Shown one piece after another: positions 47,821-63,524 of a stretch of DNA of 64,000 bases. Under the pieces are notes generated by a model that searched no databases, was not told the origin of the DNA, and saw nothing but the letters and a program-made list of their open reading frames with translations. Within the stretch, counting starts at the first letter, position 1. Every line of letters begins with the position of its first letter. Made by a program: the position numbers and the translations under genes. Source of the stretch: the human T2T-CHM13v2.0 reference genome, Homo sapiens. The DNA lies in NCBI RefSeq assembly GCF_009914755.1, contig NC_060934.1. One strand, 5' to 3'.

Positions 47821-47963
47821 TTTTTTTTTTTTTTTTTTTTTTTTTGAGATGGAGTCTTGCTCTGTTGCCCACGCTGGAGTGCAGTGGCACGATCTCAGCT
47901 CACTGCAACCTCTGCCTCCGGGGTTCGAGTGATTCTTACAGGCGTAAGCCACTGCGCCCAGCC
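47821..47963 (-). mobile_element. Alu with large internal deletion (both ends kept)
   Basis: Right-arm ...GTGATTC fused to left-arm TTACAGGCGT... at 47935/47936. Confidence 0.9.
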
Positions 47964-48039
47964 TCATCTTCTTTATGGTGTTACATTTCTGTTGAAGGTA
48001 AAACATTTTGTTTGGAATCAAATTTTCATTTAGTCTCGG

Positions 48040-48545
48040 GGTAACTTGCAATTTTAAATAAGGTAGTTGGGGAAAGCCTCTGAGAAGTGGATATTTGAAC
48101 AGAGTTAAAGGTGAAGGCATTAGCCACACAGATTCTGGGGAAGAGTGTCCCAGGAAGGAAGCCAACCGGGTGTAAACCCTAAGTCAGGTCTGTACTCATC
48201 ACATGGAGGTCAATGTGGCTGGAGCAGAGTAGTGTGACCAGAGGTGTAGGCCATTGTTAAAGACACTGGAACTGGCTCTGAGTGAGGTGGGAAGCTGTTG
48301 GAGGGTTCTGAGCAGAGAAGTGATATTATCAGATTTTGTGTTTTAAAAGCTCTACTACAGAGAACAGCCTGTATCGAAGCAAAGATGGAAGCTTGGAAAC
48401 GAGTTAAGAGGCTGTATTAATAAACCAGCGAGTAGTGGTGAGTAGTGGGTGGTGACTTGGACCAGGCTGGTAGCAGTGGTCAGATGCTAGATTCATTTTA
48501 AAGATAGAACCCATAGGATTGTTTGACAGATTGGCTGTGAATATT
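48040..48545 (-). mobile_element. L2 LINE remnant
   Basis: GGAAAGCCTCTGAGAAGTGGATATTTGAACAGAG...GGGAAGCTGTTGGAGGGTTCTGAGCAGAG. Confidence 0.8.
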
Positions 48546-48604
48546 CAAAGTGAAGAAACCTCATGAGTTCATGAAGTAGGGAGTAAGTATACCTAGAGAA
48601 GAGA

Positions 48605-49651
<1,047 letters not shown>

Positions 49652-49655
<4 letters not shown>

Positions 49656-50635
49656 CTTCTTTTCCTGGAGTGGTGGCAACATTATGTAATGCTGGACCAC
49701 ATTTCTATCCTCTTTTTATATCTTTGGGGAAAAAACTAGAGATTCCTGGGCCTTTATTTGTACCATCACACCTTTAGGATTGCATAGGAATCAAGATTGT
49801 TCAAATTTAGCCTAAAATGTGAATGGTTGTACATTTAAAGAGAATAAAAATGTATTCTTGAAGATGAGATTACTATTTTAAGAAAAGCTCTTCTACCATT
49901 TGCATCAGATAATATTGGGCACACTCACACTCATGCATAACCTCTTTATTAAGAGTTGGATGCCTCAGCCTTGCAGCTAAAACCTGTGGAATGGAGAATG
50001 AGGTCAGAAAAATACCACTACAAACACTAACAACTCATATTTTAAAAGAAATATCACCAGGGAAGGAGAACACTGAGACAATTCTGTACAAAGAATGCCT
50101 ATTTTCTTCTAATGCTTCAAAATCTATTTTGACGTTTTTCCCAAGGATGTAACCTAAAGGTAGAGGCTGCCCTGAGTGTCACTTATTGATTGTCATAAGA
50201 AGATTTTCATGAGATGGCACTGGGATCCAAGGTAACCAGCCTGTGTTCAGCGGGGACTGGAAGTGATAAGGATAGAAAAGCATCTGTGTTTAGAATGCTC
50301 CAATGAGCAATCAGCACTCTCCTGAGATGACCCTTTACTGTTGCTAGGCACTCATTTCTGTTTCTGGAGTGGGTGGCAACATTATGTAATGCTGTACCAC
50401 ATTTCCATTCTCTTTATATATCTTTGGGGAAAGAATTAGAGCTTCCTGAGTTTTTATTTTGTGCTATTAAATCTTTAGAATTGAATAGAAATTGAGATTG
50501 TTCAAATTTGGCCTAAAAATTGAATGATGGTACATTTAAAGAAAAAAAAAATCTATTCTTGAACATGCAATTACCATTTAAAGAAAAGCTTTTTTACCAT
50601 AAGCATCAAAGAACATTAGACACTCCCCTGCATAA
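49652..50635 (+). repeat. Direct repeat pair of about 285 bp (49652-49940 and 50351-50635), offset 700 bp
   Basis: Shared collinear blocks GGTGGCAACATTATGTAATGCTG, TATATCTTTGGGGAAA, GATTGTTCAAATTT, GTACATTTAAAGA, AAGAAAAGCT, TGCATAA. Confidence 0.95.
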
Positions 50636-51377
50636 GCAGTAGTTTAGGTGCTTAATTTACATAATTCACATCAAGTATAGGGAACTCCTATACCTCTGTT
50701 TTATTTATCTATTCCCAGAAGTGCCTAATGAGAAACTGATTTTCTTTTATGGATATTTCTGATTGTCCTTTTTTAGAACAAAGCTGCTGAAAATTTAAAG
50801 ATCAGGTTTTAGGGTTTTATTTTCAGCAAAATGAACAAAAATGTAACTGCGATGGGCCCTCCCATTGAAAAAAAAAATGCTAGCTAAAATATTTATTTAA
50901 TTACGCTTTCTCAATGCACCAGTCAGGGAAGCCATTCAGACCACGAGTTTTTGTATAAACAAAATGATAATCAAATACTACTTGATAACATGGTCAACCA
51001 AAAACTTTAGAACCAATGAATATTGTATAAAGAATATACTACTGTTACATGTAAGTTCTCAGAACTGGAAATGTTTGATGGTGATCTCTTGTAAGAGTCA
51101 AAATAAGTGCCCTTTGAGTTTTTTTTTTTTAAATGCACCATTGAGTTTATTAAAAAGTACAGCTTACTCAGAGGCCAGAGGCCAAGAAAGGTAAAGAGAG
51201 AACTAAAGCCACCTTTCACCTAAGGACATTTCCTGAAACCTGATAACCTTGACATTTTGGTTTTCATGTTCTCATGGGGCATGTTGGGCAAAAAGCAACA
51301 CCAAGGACTGACCTAGTGTAGGTAGTCTAATAGCATAAAGCTAGAAACCAAAGAAATAAAGAACTATGTCTCATTTA

Positions 51378-51690
<313 letters not shown>

Positions 51691-51699
51691 TTGTCGAAG

Positions 51700-51948
51700 G
51701 GAATAGAGAGAAAAGCTGCTGATCTAAGTAACTTTGGAAATGATTGGAATCAGTAAGACTGAACTCAAAAAGACTCGTACATGATACTACTGTAGTTGAT
51801 AAAGTTGTATACCATGAATGTGTATGGTTAGCAATTCTGAAACCACCATATATGTTTACTGGAATTAAACAGTTAAGTAAATGTTTCTCATTGTTGGAAT
51901 GTTAGGGTACAGATAAGAAAGGGGAGGAAGCTAGAATGATCCACGTGG
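51700..51948 (+). mobile_element. L1MC/L1MD-type 3' UTR fragment
   Basis: TGATCTAAGTAACTTTGGAAA...TAGTTGATAAAGTTG...GCAATTCTGAAAC...GCTAGAATGATCCACGTGG. Confidence 0.65.
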
Positions 51949-51949
51949 G

Positions 51950-52430
51950 GAAGAGGAAAGATGAGGAGGGAAGGAGGCATTCCAGCTAAGAATCATAACC
52001 CAGGATTGAAGTTGAAATACAAGAGGCATATTGAGGAAACCATGCTGGAACAGATGGTTTATATAGGGCAGTGCTTTTCAAATTATGTTCTGATGCACTC
52101 CCACAGAGGCTGGCCAGCAAGGGGTGAGGAGGCCTGCTAGTGAAGTCTTTAAGTGAGGCAGTGCTGCAGGTGTATTAGAAAGATTTATCTGACAGTGGAC
52201 ACAGAGGAATGTGTTGGGAAGCTGTTCAGTAAATCCGATGAGATGGCGTGAGCCCAAATGTGTTATTGGCCACGAGTTTGAAAATAAAACAAGAGGATGG
52301 ATGCATGTATTCTCACCAAGGGAGAACCACCAGGACTGGGTTACAGATGGGAGAAATATTATACCATGGGAAGGAGGTATCAAAGCCCCATCCAGTGATA
52401 GAAGTGAAGAATCTCATGTTGGATGTAAAT
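51950..52430 (+). repeat. Local duplication copy A (partner at 63525-64000)
   Basis: Collinear with 63525-64000 at roughly 90% identity by eye; offset about 11.57 kb. Confidence 0.95.
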
Positions 52431-53164
52431 CTGATGGTACTAGATTGTTTGGGAATATGGAAGTTAATACTTTGATTGTATCCAAGTTCTAAAGGGAATT
52501 ACAAAGTGAATTACAATAATTAGCTTGAATATATAAAATATAACTAGATGGCTTACTATGGGATTATATCTAGTGTCAGCAGTGTGGATGAACACACAGC
52601 AGACCTGGGAATTCTTATTTACAGCTCAGTTCTTAAGGTTAATTTTCTTAGAAGTCTCTAAATTTCTGAGTTTAGGTAGGGGTGGGGATAAGTTAAATTG
52701 AAAAGCCCCAAGTACTAAAAATCCCATATCCAGAGTCTAGGAGTTGGCACTTCTGGTAAGGTAGCATTCACAGGGTAGTATTGTTAAGGATGGCAGAGAT
52801 TTGGTAAGGATGGAATCCCCAACAGAGGAAGAGTTGGCATTCCTCCTTGGGCCCAATAAGCCACAAACCTAGAGCTCCAGGTTAAGGAAGGATAAGGATG
52901 TCAAGGCTAAGGACCTCAGGTAGTATCTACTATCCTCTCCATCAAAAGAAAATAAATAAGCTATAAATGAACTAAAAATATATAGAGATACAGGTATTTG
53001 CTTGCTTTCAATGTAGGAAAGTCTTAATGCAAAGTTATTTAATACAAGGGTTCACAGATATACAATATATACACTTCAGCAAAATTCATAAAATCAAAAG
53101 GTAACAATAATCTATAAAAATAACAACATATAAAACAGACAATTAACATATAAAACTAACACTA

Positions 53165-54152
53165 GAATCAACAACACTCCAGTAGTACAAGAATAGCTAG
53201 TGTCCAGATCTTGGTTTCAAATACCATTTTCCAATAAAAGGAATAAAGGCTCCTTAGAGACATGTTGATTCTAGGAATGGGCAGGAAATATACATGATGA
53301 GCCTGCAGCATCTTGTAGTGCCAGAAAGTAAAGAAAGTGCTCAAACAAAAACAATGTAGGTATGTCGTAGGGACACAGGACATTGAGAAAGATCCCAGTG
53401 ACCCAAGGAGATATGGAACAATTTAAGCAGCAAAATAAAGTAGTATTGGATTATACCATCCAAAGCATAAAATAAATATCATGAGTCCATACTCATATAA
53501 ATAAATGAATACAGGAGAATAGGTAAATCTCTCCTGGAGAAGAATCCATATAATTTATGTAGATACTCTGCCCTCAAGGAAATGGAGCATCACTCCCCAC
53601 TCCTTAAGGCTGTACATAGTGACTTTCTGCCAAAAAACGTGGTATGTAAATCTGGGGAGGGGCGCCAGTAACTTTACCTAACATATACTACCTCAGCCAC
53701 ATCATCTTTGTGATATTACTCCCAAAAACCCATGACCTGAGTCTAATCTTGAGAAAAATTTCAGACAAATGTCCCTAATTGAGGGACATTCTAAAAAATA
53801 CTTAAGTAGCACTCCTCAAAACTATCAAGGCTATCAAAACTCAGGCTTGAGAAACTTAGTGAGGAGCTTGGGAAAACATGATGAGTAAACATGATATGGT
53901 AAATGGATGGGATCCCAGATGGGATCCTGGAAAAGAAATGAGACCTTAGGAAAAACCAGGAAAATTTGAATAAAGTATGGACTTCAATTAATAACGATAT
54001 ATTATTATTAGTTTCTTAATTGTGGCAAATGTGTCATACCAATGTAAAATTTTAAGAATAAGAGAAATCAGTTGTGGAGTTTATGGGAACTATCTGTACT
54101 ATCTTCACACTTTTTCTGCAAAACTGTTCTAAAATTAAAATTTTATTTTAAA
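53165..54152 (+). mobile_element. L1MC-type 3' end
   Basis: CCAGATCTTGGTTTCAAATACCATT...CATCTTGTAGTGCCAGAAAGTAA...ATGGGAACTATCTGTACTATCTTC...TTCTAAAATTAAAA. Confidence 0.8.
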
Positions 54153-54263
54153 AGAGTAAGTGGCCAACATTATGGCATTTCTGTCTTAATTATTATATCT
54201 CCTAAATAAGGCATTATCTTATATAGTCACAAGACAAATATCACTTAAGAAATACAGCACTGG

Positions 54264-54605
<342 letters not shown>

Positions 54606-55958
54606 TCATATCCAAAATACCCAAGTTGCCCAAGTAGTGCCTTATGTAGCTACCTGGTTATTGTTTTTAATACAGAATCCAATCAAATAGCATTGCATCT
54701 TATTGTCATTTCTCTTTTTTCTCCCTAGCAGAACAGTGCCCTCATGATGAGGAATTTTAACACCCCTTCTTTTCAGTTGATAGATGGACTGCCCTTCATT
54801 TAATCACTTGTATATGTTTCTTTAGGGAGGAAAAAAGTAGTAAAGTTAGGATTGGTGGAGATTATACCATTTCTCAAGTAGGATCATCCCAGACTGCCTT
54901 TGAGTGACGTTTCATTAGACACAGGGGGCTTGCTAGTGCCAAGCAGCCAGTCTGCTGGTTTTGTGCTGTAATTACTGATGTCAGAATTAAATTAGGTGGT
55001 AGTGTAGTTCTTGTGGCACATGTTTGTTTCTTTTTCTGTCAGGTTGTCCCAGATAGAAATAAAGTTCCCACCTCTCTGATTTTCTTGTAGTAAGAAAGTA
55101 CTTAGACATTGTCTTTGTCAGTTGACCATCTCAAGAGAACATGGAGAATACTCACAAATGCTTTTACAATGACTTAATTTTTATGTTCTGGTTGTTACTT
55201 CTGTAATGTAACTTCTGTTATTGTTCACTTACTTTACAAAATAAGAAGACCAAACCTTTTTTTAAAGCCCCGTTAATGAAAGACAGTAAACAGGCAGTGT
55301 GGCTCTGAGAGGAGGGAGAGCTCACAACATGAAGAGCGAGATTGTTCTAGCTACAGGGAGTGGCATGGGAAAAAATTACTGTGTTGGAGATGCTGGAGGT
55401 ATTAGAGTGATTTGAATAAATGGAATGAAGGAAGTGGTTTAAGAAATATGAAAATAGAATGTTTTGGTTTCCAAATCATCACAAATTTAATTTTCATTAA
55501 AAAGCGATAGCAAGTTCACTGATGTATCCCTAGTGATAGAAAAACACAGTGCCTTGACATGTAGTATGCCGTCAGTGATACCTGTTATTGTTTAATGGAG
55601 ACTTAAAAGATTGTTTGAAAGCAAAATATTAAATTAACCTGGTGAAGCGTTTTCATGCTCATTGGTGAAGTGCCTGTAGGTGACTGTAGCTTAGACTGTA
55701 CATTAGGTATGAATGTTCTATGGGAGGGCTTGGCCAGAATTTTATATCTGAGTTCAGTTTAGAGAAGTTCACTTTGTGGTCATGTGATACTGAATGAATT
55801 GCACAGAATAGAGTAGAATTTGTGTTTATGGCTTTCCTTACTCATCCTCCTTTAATTTGTAGAGACGGATGTATTTCAGGAGAGGAAATTTTTTGCAATG
55901 TTTTCACAATTGTTTGTACATGTTTTTTCTTCACCAGAAGCTTTTTAAAACTTAGATT

Positions 55959-56279
<321 letters not shown>

Positions 56280-56664
56280 TCACGTTATCTTTAAGTCAGT
56301 GGGCCTAATGGTAAGTTCAAATTTTACACATCCTGTGCTTAAGGGGCTAAATAAAGTAAACAACTCCTCTGAGTCAAGAGTTACTCAGGAATCAGGAATT
56401 GGTCAGATCATGAGTAATCATTTGATAGGAATTAAAGGGTGTGATGATTGTTGATTAAAGACATGCATATTCCTTTATGTAGACTTAGTATACAATCAGA
56501 AAATGGGTCTCAGATATTTTTTTTATATGACAGTAGTATGCCTGTGGAATTACAATTGTTTAGAGAACTTCGGAATATTGACATCATCGAACTGTTAATA
56601 TTGGGGATCTGCTATGAGCTATACATTGTATGAAATACAGGTTTTCTTTGGGGGAGAGTTTTTT

Positions 56665-56890
56665 GGTATAGAGGAAAGAGCACAGGTCTTCAAATTAGAA
56701 GTTCTATGTTTTGGCTTTAACACTTGCTATGTGCTTAATTCATAAGATCATTAATCTCTCTAAGCCTTACTTTTATCATCTGTAGAACTAGAACAATAGC
56801 ACCTACCTCGCCTATGAATTTTCTGTGTGTAATGACAATCAGGATGGAAAAATTGCAGCTGGAAAACTGTGGAGTGCTGTAGATTGTAGG
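56665..56890 (+). mobile_element. MIR SINE
   Basis: GGAAAGAGCACAGG...TTAATCTCTCTAAGCCT...TCATCTGTAGAA...AATAGCACCTACCTC. Confidence 0.7.
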
Positions 56891-58165
56891 GACCATTGTC
56901 TTCTTTCAGCCCTATGAGCCATTCTGTGGTACTCTACCCACAGGATGCTGAGTTACTGGAGTGCTTCAAGGGTTTGTAGCCCTTGATTCTACAGTGTACT
57001 CTGTTCCAAGTTCAGCATTCTTCTAAACATTTTTTTGTTGGGGTCTACCACATGGTAGGCCCTTGTGGTTGTAGTGGGGCGTGGCTAGTGGGCAGAGAGT
57101 GAGGAGATGAGGAAGTTTGAGTCTGAGTTGCTGTAGCTTGATTTTTTTTCCCCTCTAGTTTCATCTTTACCTTTCCTTTTAGAATAGAAATTATAGGCTC
57201 TGGAGTAAAATTAGAAATGTAGCTCCAATTTAGCTAAGTTTAGCTCTAACATGAAAATTCCAAGTTTCATAGCTTTTGATGAGTATTATGAAAAACATAA
57301 AGTCTTTCAAAGGAATTTCCACTGTCTTTTTCTCTCCTTCATGGTTTTAAACGTGGGGACCTTTGGTTATAGAATTCAGGATTTGGTGCTGTTGTTGTTT
57401 TTTTCCCCATGGGTTTGACTCTTTCTCCTTGTATGGAATTTTCATATTTTTCTTTAAGGTTTAGTCACTTAACCATTGTTTTACTAAATGGGAATTCTCT
57501 ACTGACAGAGATTTTTAGCAACAAATGTATTTTTCTTAAAATTTGTGTAAGACAAAAATTACATATTATTTTGGCAGTGATCATGCATGACCTTTGCTAC
57601 CTGATGGCTGCCGTGGCAGAAAAACTCATGTAGGAAGTTTATCACAGGGAGAATATACACAGGTACCTTGGTTATCAGTAGACTTTGCACTACTTGTAAC
57701 CATTTAGTCTACTCTTTGTAACTCTCTCTTCTTTTATCATGATGTCTTACATTTATTTTTGCATCTAAGTGAAGGATAGAGCGTGGCAAAAGTCCAGATA
57801 ACCTATAATGACTTTCACATTACTTTAAAAAATCCAGTTAACCAACGTACTGTACTGACAACATATTCCTTAATCATAATCAGTTTTAATCCAACACCAA
57901 ACTAAGCATAATATTGTCACACATTGGTTTGTTGAAGATGCAGAATTTAGAAATTCAGATCCTTGAGCCCTACTGCCAAAAATCCTCCTTCCCAGTTGAT
58001 TATTTTACATAGACAGGTTTGGGAGCTACTGAACCATTTGTAAGGGGCACTTTTCAAATAATTGTCAAGGGTTTAAAATTCATCAGAGGATTCTACAATC
58101 AGTGAAAATAAGTTGTCTTAGGAACCTGTTAACTGCATTTATCTCTTTATTTATGAAGTTCCTAA

Positions 58166-58627
<462 letters not shown>

Positions 58628-58673
58628 TGAGTGAACTATTATAAATGACAGAAAAATTTGCCCTCTCTCTTAA

Positions 58674-59059
<386 letters not shown>

Positions 59060-60629
59060 TTTGCTTGTTTTTTGATCCCAGGGTCAAGCCAGGAAACTTG
59101 GTTGTTATAATGGGCTGCCTTTTTGATTTCACTAAATTCTGTGAATTCTCCCTATGTATAGTGTTCCATTGTCCTCCCAATAAAAACATACTATAGTTTC
59201 CCTTGGCTAAAACCCATGTAGGCAGTGGTGTGCCGGTAATGCTTGACAACTGAGGGAAAGAGGACTGATTCATACAATTTGCTAATTTCTGTGATGTAAA
59301 GTACTGCCTACAATAGCCTAGTTCAAGCTCGCAGCGTGACCTCACTGAATGTGGAGCTGGAAAGAAATGCACACAGCACACTTAGTATTTCTAGTATTTC
59401 CACCATACACATAGAATAGATGTATATAACTTGAAGAGCATAGTAAAATGTAAAATAATTAGGAATAAATATAATTAGAAAATAATGAGTTTTTGACTAT
59501 TTCCCTTTGTCTTTAATAAATGTTATATGTATAACTTATTTTACTGTTTGGATACCAAATAAACTGTTTCCATGCTTATCTTTGGGAAATGCCACTGTTT
59601 CAAAATGGGAGGTTTTTGCTTAGCGTTTTCTTCCTTATTCTATTGTTTAAATTAATTACCTACGTTAAATTTATCAACAACAAAGAAGAAGCTCTCCAGG
59701 TGATTTTGACGTGTTGCAGGGTTGGGGACCAGTCTTTTCTTGGTTTGCCTGGCACCTTAGAGCTGCATTTTGTGCTTAATTACACTGACTACTACATTTT
59801 AACTGTTTATGCTCTGTTATGTTCTTTCAAATGATTTGAGAATTTTTTTTCCAAATTGATATGTTAAATTATAAAGAAAAATAACAGAATTGAGACTAGA
59901 AAATAGCAATCAAAGAAAATAAAAATTTGGTGAGTACAAATATAAATATGCCAGTTCTGAGGACCACAAGTGTTGATATAGTAGAACAACAGATTTGATT
60001 CTGAGTTTCCTGGCAACCCATGGAGGGAAGCAAGGAATAATATAATTCTTTTCAGATGGAAGGAAGGCATCAATTTCTCAAAGAAAGCTAAGCATTGCAT
60101 TGTACTGAATTTCAGAGTAAATCTCTCATATGAAATTTCATATGTAGGGATACTGACTAATAAAATAGTGCCGTATTTCTCTACTTCTTATGGATTTTAT
60201 AGAGCAGATTATTATAATATACTTCAAAAAAATCAAGAATGTAGTATGACTTTCCCCCCAAAGGAGACAGGTGTAATAATTTAGGAATATAACCTAGTAA
60301 TCAAGTTAGAATAACATCACCTAGAGGAATAAAGATTTACAACAATGTTGGCAAAAGATGACAGATAGGTTTACCTAGCTCCTGTCCTTGGTTAGCGTGA
60401 GGTTATGGTGCTGTGTTGACAAGAATTCTGAGACCAGGGTCAGCAGAAACAAATGTAGGGAATGCCTAGCAATCTCTGACTTGATCACAAGAAGGAGGAG
60501 TAGCACAGTTACCTCTGCATCTTTGCCATCCTTACTTCACATCTTATGTAAATTTCATGGGTTTTAGATGGTATCTCTAGTATAAACTGGATTACTAATG
60601 GAGTTTATACTCTTCGATAAGAGGCTGGA

Positions 60630-60893
60630 GGCCAGGCACAGTGGTTCACACCTGCAATCCCAGCACTTTGGGAGGCCGAGGCAGACAGATTGCTTGAGAC
60701 CAGGAGTTTGAGCCCAGCCTGGCCAACATGGCAAGACCCCCCTCTCTACAAAAAAATACAAAAATTAGCCAGGCATGGTGGCACTTGAACCCAGGAGGCG
60801 GAGGTTGCAGTGAGCCAAGATCATGCCACTGCGTTCCAGCCTGGGCAACAGAGCAAGACTCTGTGTCAAAAAAAATAAAAAATAGTTTTAAAA
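60630..60893 (+). mobile_element. Alu (AluS/J-like) with right-arm deletion
   Basis: GGCATGGTGGCA joined directly to CTTGAACCCAGG; TSD AAGAGGCTGGAG. Confidence 0.95.
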
Positions 60894-61689
60894 AAGAGGC
60901 TGGAGTGTTGTATTTTGTATTGATTTTTGAGAGTGTATATAGTGTGTGTGTGTGTGAATTGTGACTAATTTATTCTAATGAGCTTGGGACATGTCTTCCA
61001 TCATTCCAATTTTTGATCCTCTAGTTTATTTTGTTTGTTTAATATTAGCTATCCTATTTTAGTTTACCTCTAGTCTCATTGAGTTGTTTTTAGTCCCTTA
61101 GTCTAATAGTACACTGTAATTAATTTTTTTGTTGTTGTTTAGAAGCATGATTCTGAAAGCCATGAAATAAGGGGAATTTGGCTAACTAATTCTTGCATAA
61201 GTGTGGTCATATTACATTTAAGTAATATGTAGATTATCAGCAATAAATTATTTGTTATATTTATTTTTAACAAGCTACAATTTAAATTATTTTGTCATAT
61301 TAGAGAGGGAATTTGTAATCTAAAGAAAATTTCAGGGGAAAGTATAGCTAGTTCAGAAATTAATTATTAACACTACTAACTATGATATTTATGGATTTTT
61401 CTCCATTTTAGTAGTGATTTATACACTGCATAATTGTTCTAATCCATACCTTATTACCTTAGAAATACAATTCATTTTTCAAACAGAATGTCTGTTAGCT
61501 ACTCTTTTACTTTACTTAATTCATCTGTTGACTTTTTTCTTATTTTTTTAAATAGTCCTGAAATGGATATTTTCATACATTCTTGGTAGTAATATGTATA
61601 GGTGTTACCCTTCTAAAGAGCACGTTGGCAGAGGACCTTCAAAATTGACCCAGTTATTTCACTTCTAGGAAAATATCATTAGGAAATAG

Positions 61690-61925
61690 AGATTTTAAGT
61701 GTGAATTCTGGAGTAAGAGTGCCTGGCTTTGAATGCAGCCGACAGACTTACAAATTATATGACCTTGGGTTAGTTTCTTACCTTTTTAAGCCTCAGTCTT
61801 TGCATCTGTAAAATTGGTTTTAAAATAACACCCATCTCTAGTTGTTGTTGTGAAAATCAAGTGATATAAGTAAAGTGCTTAACATTGTGGCTCTTATGAA
61901 ATGTCAATAAATAATTGCTGTTGTT
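61690..61925 (+). mobile_element. MIR SINE within degenerate L1M fragments (about 61600-62360)
   Basis: TGACCTTGGGTTAGTTTCTTA...GCCTCAGTCTTTGCATCTGTAAAAT...TAAAGTGCTTA. Confidence 0.8.
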
Positions 61926-63524
61926 AATAATCATAGAAAGATTGTTCGTAGCATTAGTTAAAATAGAAAACAGGTAGGAAAGGATTTGAATGATTTTCAT
62001 TTATATAAGGGAATACTATACCATGTAGTTGTTAAATAATATCTTTAAAGAATATTTAAAGACATAAGAAAATGCTGATAATGTAGCATTGAGTGAAACA
62101 GAAGGATAAAAATCTCTATATGCTCTAAGGTGTTAATTATGTTTTAAATTATCTTCTAATGATGTTATAAAATATTGTTTTTAAAATGTTAATTATGTTT
62201 ACAAGTAATGATTCTTAAAAATATAGAAAAAATCTGGAAAAGGGGGCTCACTGTTAATAATTCTTAAAACTAGGTAATAGGTAATGGAGATTTATTATAT
62301 TCATACTATTCTATTTCTACATATTTTTGTTTTTCATAATACTTTTTAAAAAGAATGACAAGAAGAATAGATTAAAAACAGATTAAATCCTTGATATTAG
62401 TGCTTTGTAACCTGTTTAAATGTAAATTAACTCTTGACCAGTTTTGTTATTAAACCATTATTTATACTTTTTAATGGTTTCTTAAAGCATTTGAGAGATG
62501 TATATCAGACTTGTTTGGTTAAGGATGAATTGTGTCTGAATATCTGTCTAGAAAATAGCTGTTTTAAGTATTTTCCGTATCTGAAAATGATATGAGGACC
62601 ATCTCCCACTACTGCATTCCCATAAGTGGTTTTATTTTTCATCTTTTAAAATGGTGCAGATTTTTCAACATAGCCAGCGTTCGTACATTTCCAAAGTCAA
62701 CTTTACATTAGTCGGGGTGAACAGTATCTTATTTTGACAAAATTTCCCCTCTTTAGACGGAAATGAGGCAAAGAGGAAAGGTGTAACTATTTCTTCTTGT
62801 CTCTATAACTGAAACAATATTCAATGTAAGTGAATTTTACTTGTAGCAAATATTCCCTTTATAAGCCCTCCATTTATCTTGTAGGTGGCCCTGTAAAATA
62901 TACTTTATTTGATTTTACACACTGTGCTCATGCTTTGGCTTTATGCCCAACCTCCCAGGCTGCAGACATCTACAGTAGACCCCAGTGTTAAAGAAAACAA
63001 GCCCCTCAAAACCCTAGAAAATATTACAGTTATTAATAATAAATTCTCAGTAATATTCACATTGGAGCAGTAATAAATTATATTAATAGTAGCAGTCCTT
63101 AAAAATGGTCCCACTCTTCACTAAAACATTCAATCTTACCCATGTTCCAAATGAAATGATTATTGTTTTCTACTTTCTACTCTTACAAGAAAGAGGTGTT
63201 AAGGGTATTCTGTTTATTTGTTTGACTTATTCTCTTTAATACAGAAGTTAAAAAATAAAGGCAAAGCACATATATGTATAGTATCAACTAGCACCAAATC
63301 CTTCGTATGTGAGAGAAAATGATCTGCTTTGGAAGCCAGTTACATACATTTAAGAAATATGTCAAGCAATCTAAAATGAATATGTTAAATGGAAAATGAC
63401 TAGTCCTGACAAATTCTTCTAAAATGCAAAATAGCGGTAATTTAGAAGTTTATGGAGGAAGGGTAGATCTTGAAGAAAAATATGTGTTTTAATTAAGGAA
63501 GAAAATAAAGAACGGGAAGAAAGA

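Noticed and set aside
52078-52492. ORFs of 75-101 aa in the duplicated segment (and 63797-63991), or the two copies as LTRs of an 11.6-kb provirus
   Set aside because: No recognisable protein and the sequence looks like decayed L2. No TG..CA termini, primer-binding site or gag/pol remnants between the copies.
63222-63310. Acceptor-like TTGAC...TTCTCTTTAATACAG and donor-like C|GTATGT defining a 60-nt exon with an in-frame stop
   Set aside because: Does not encode REEP3 exon 2; the donor is weak and such pseudo-exons are common in 40 kb of intron. Needs RNA evidence.
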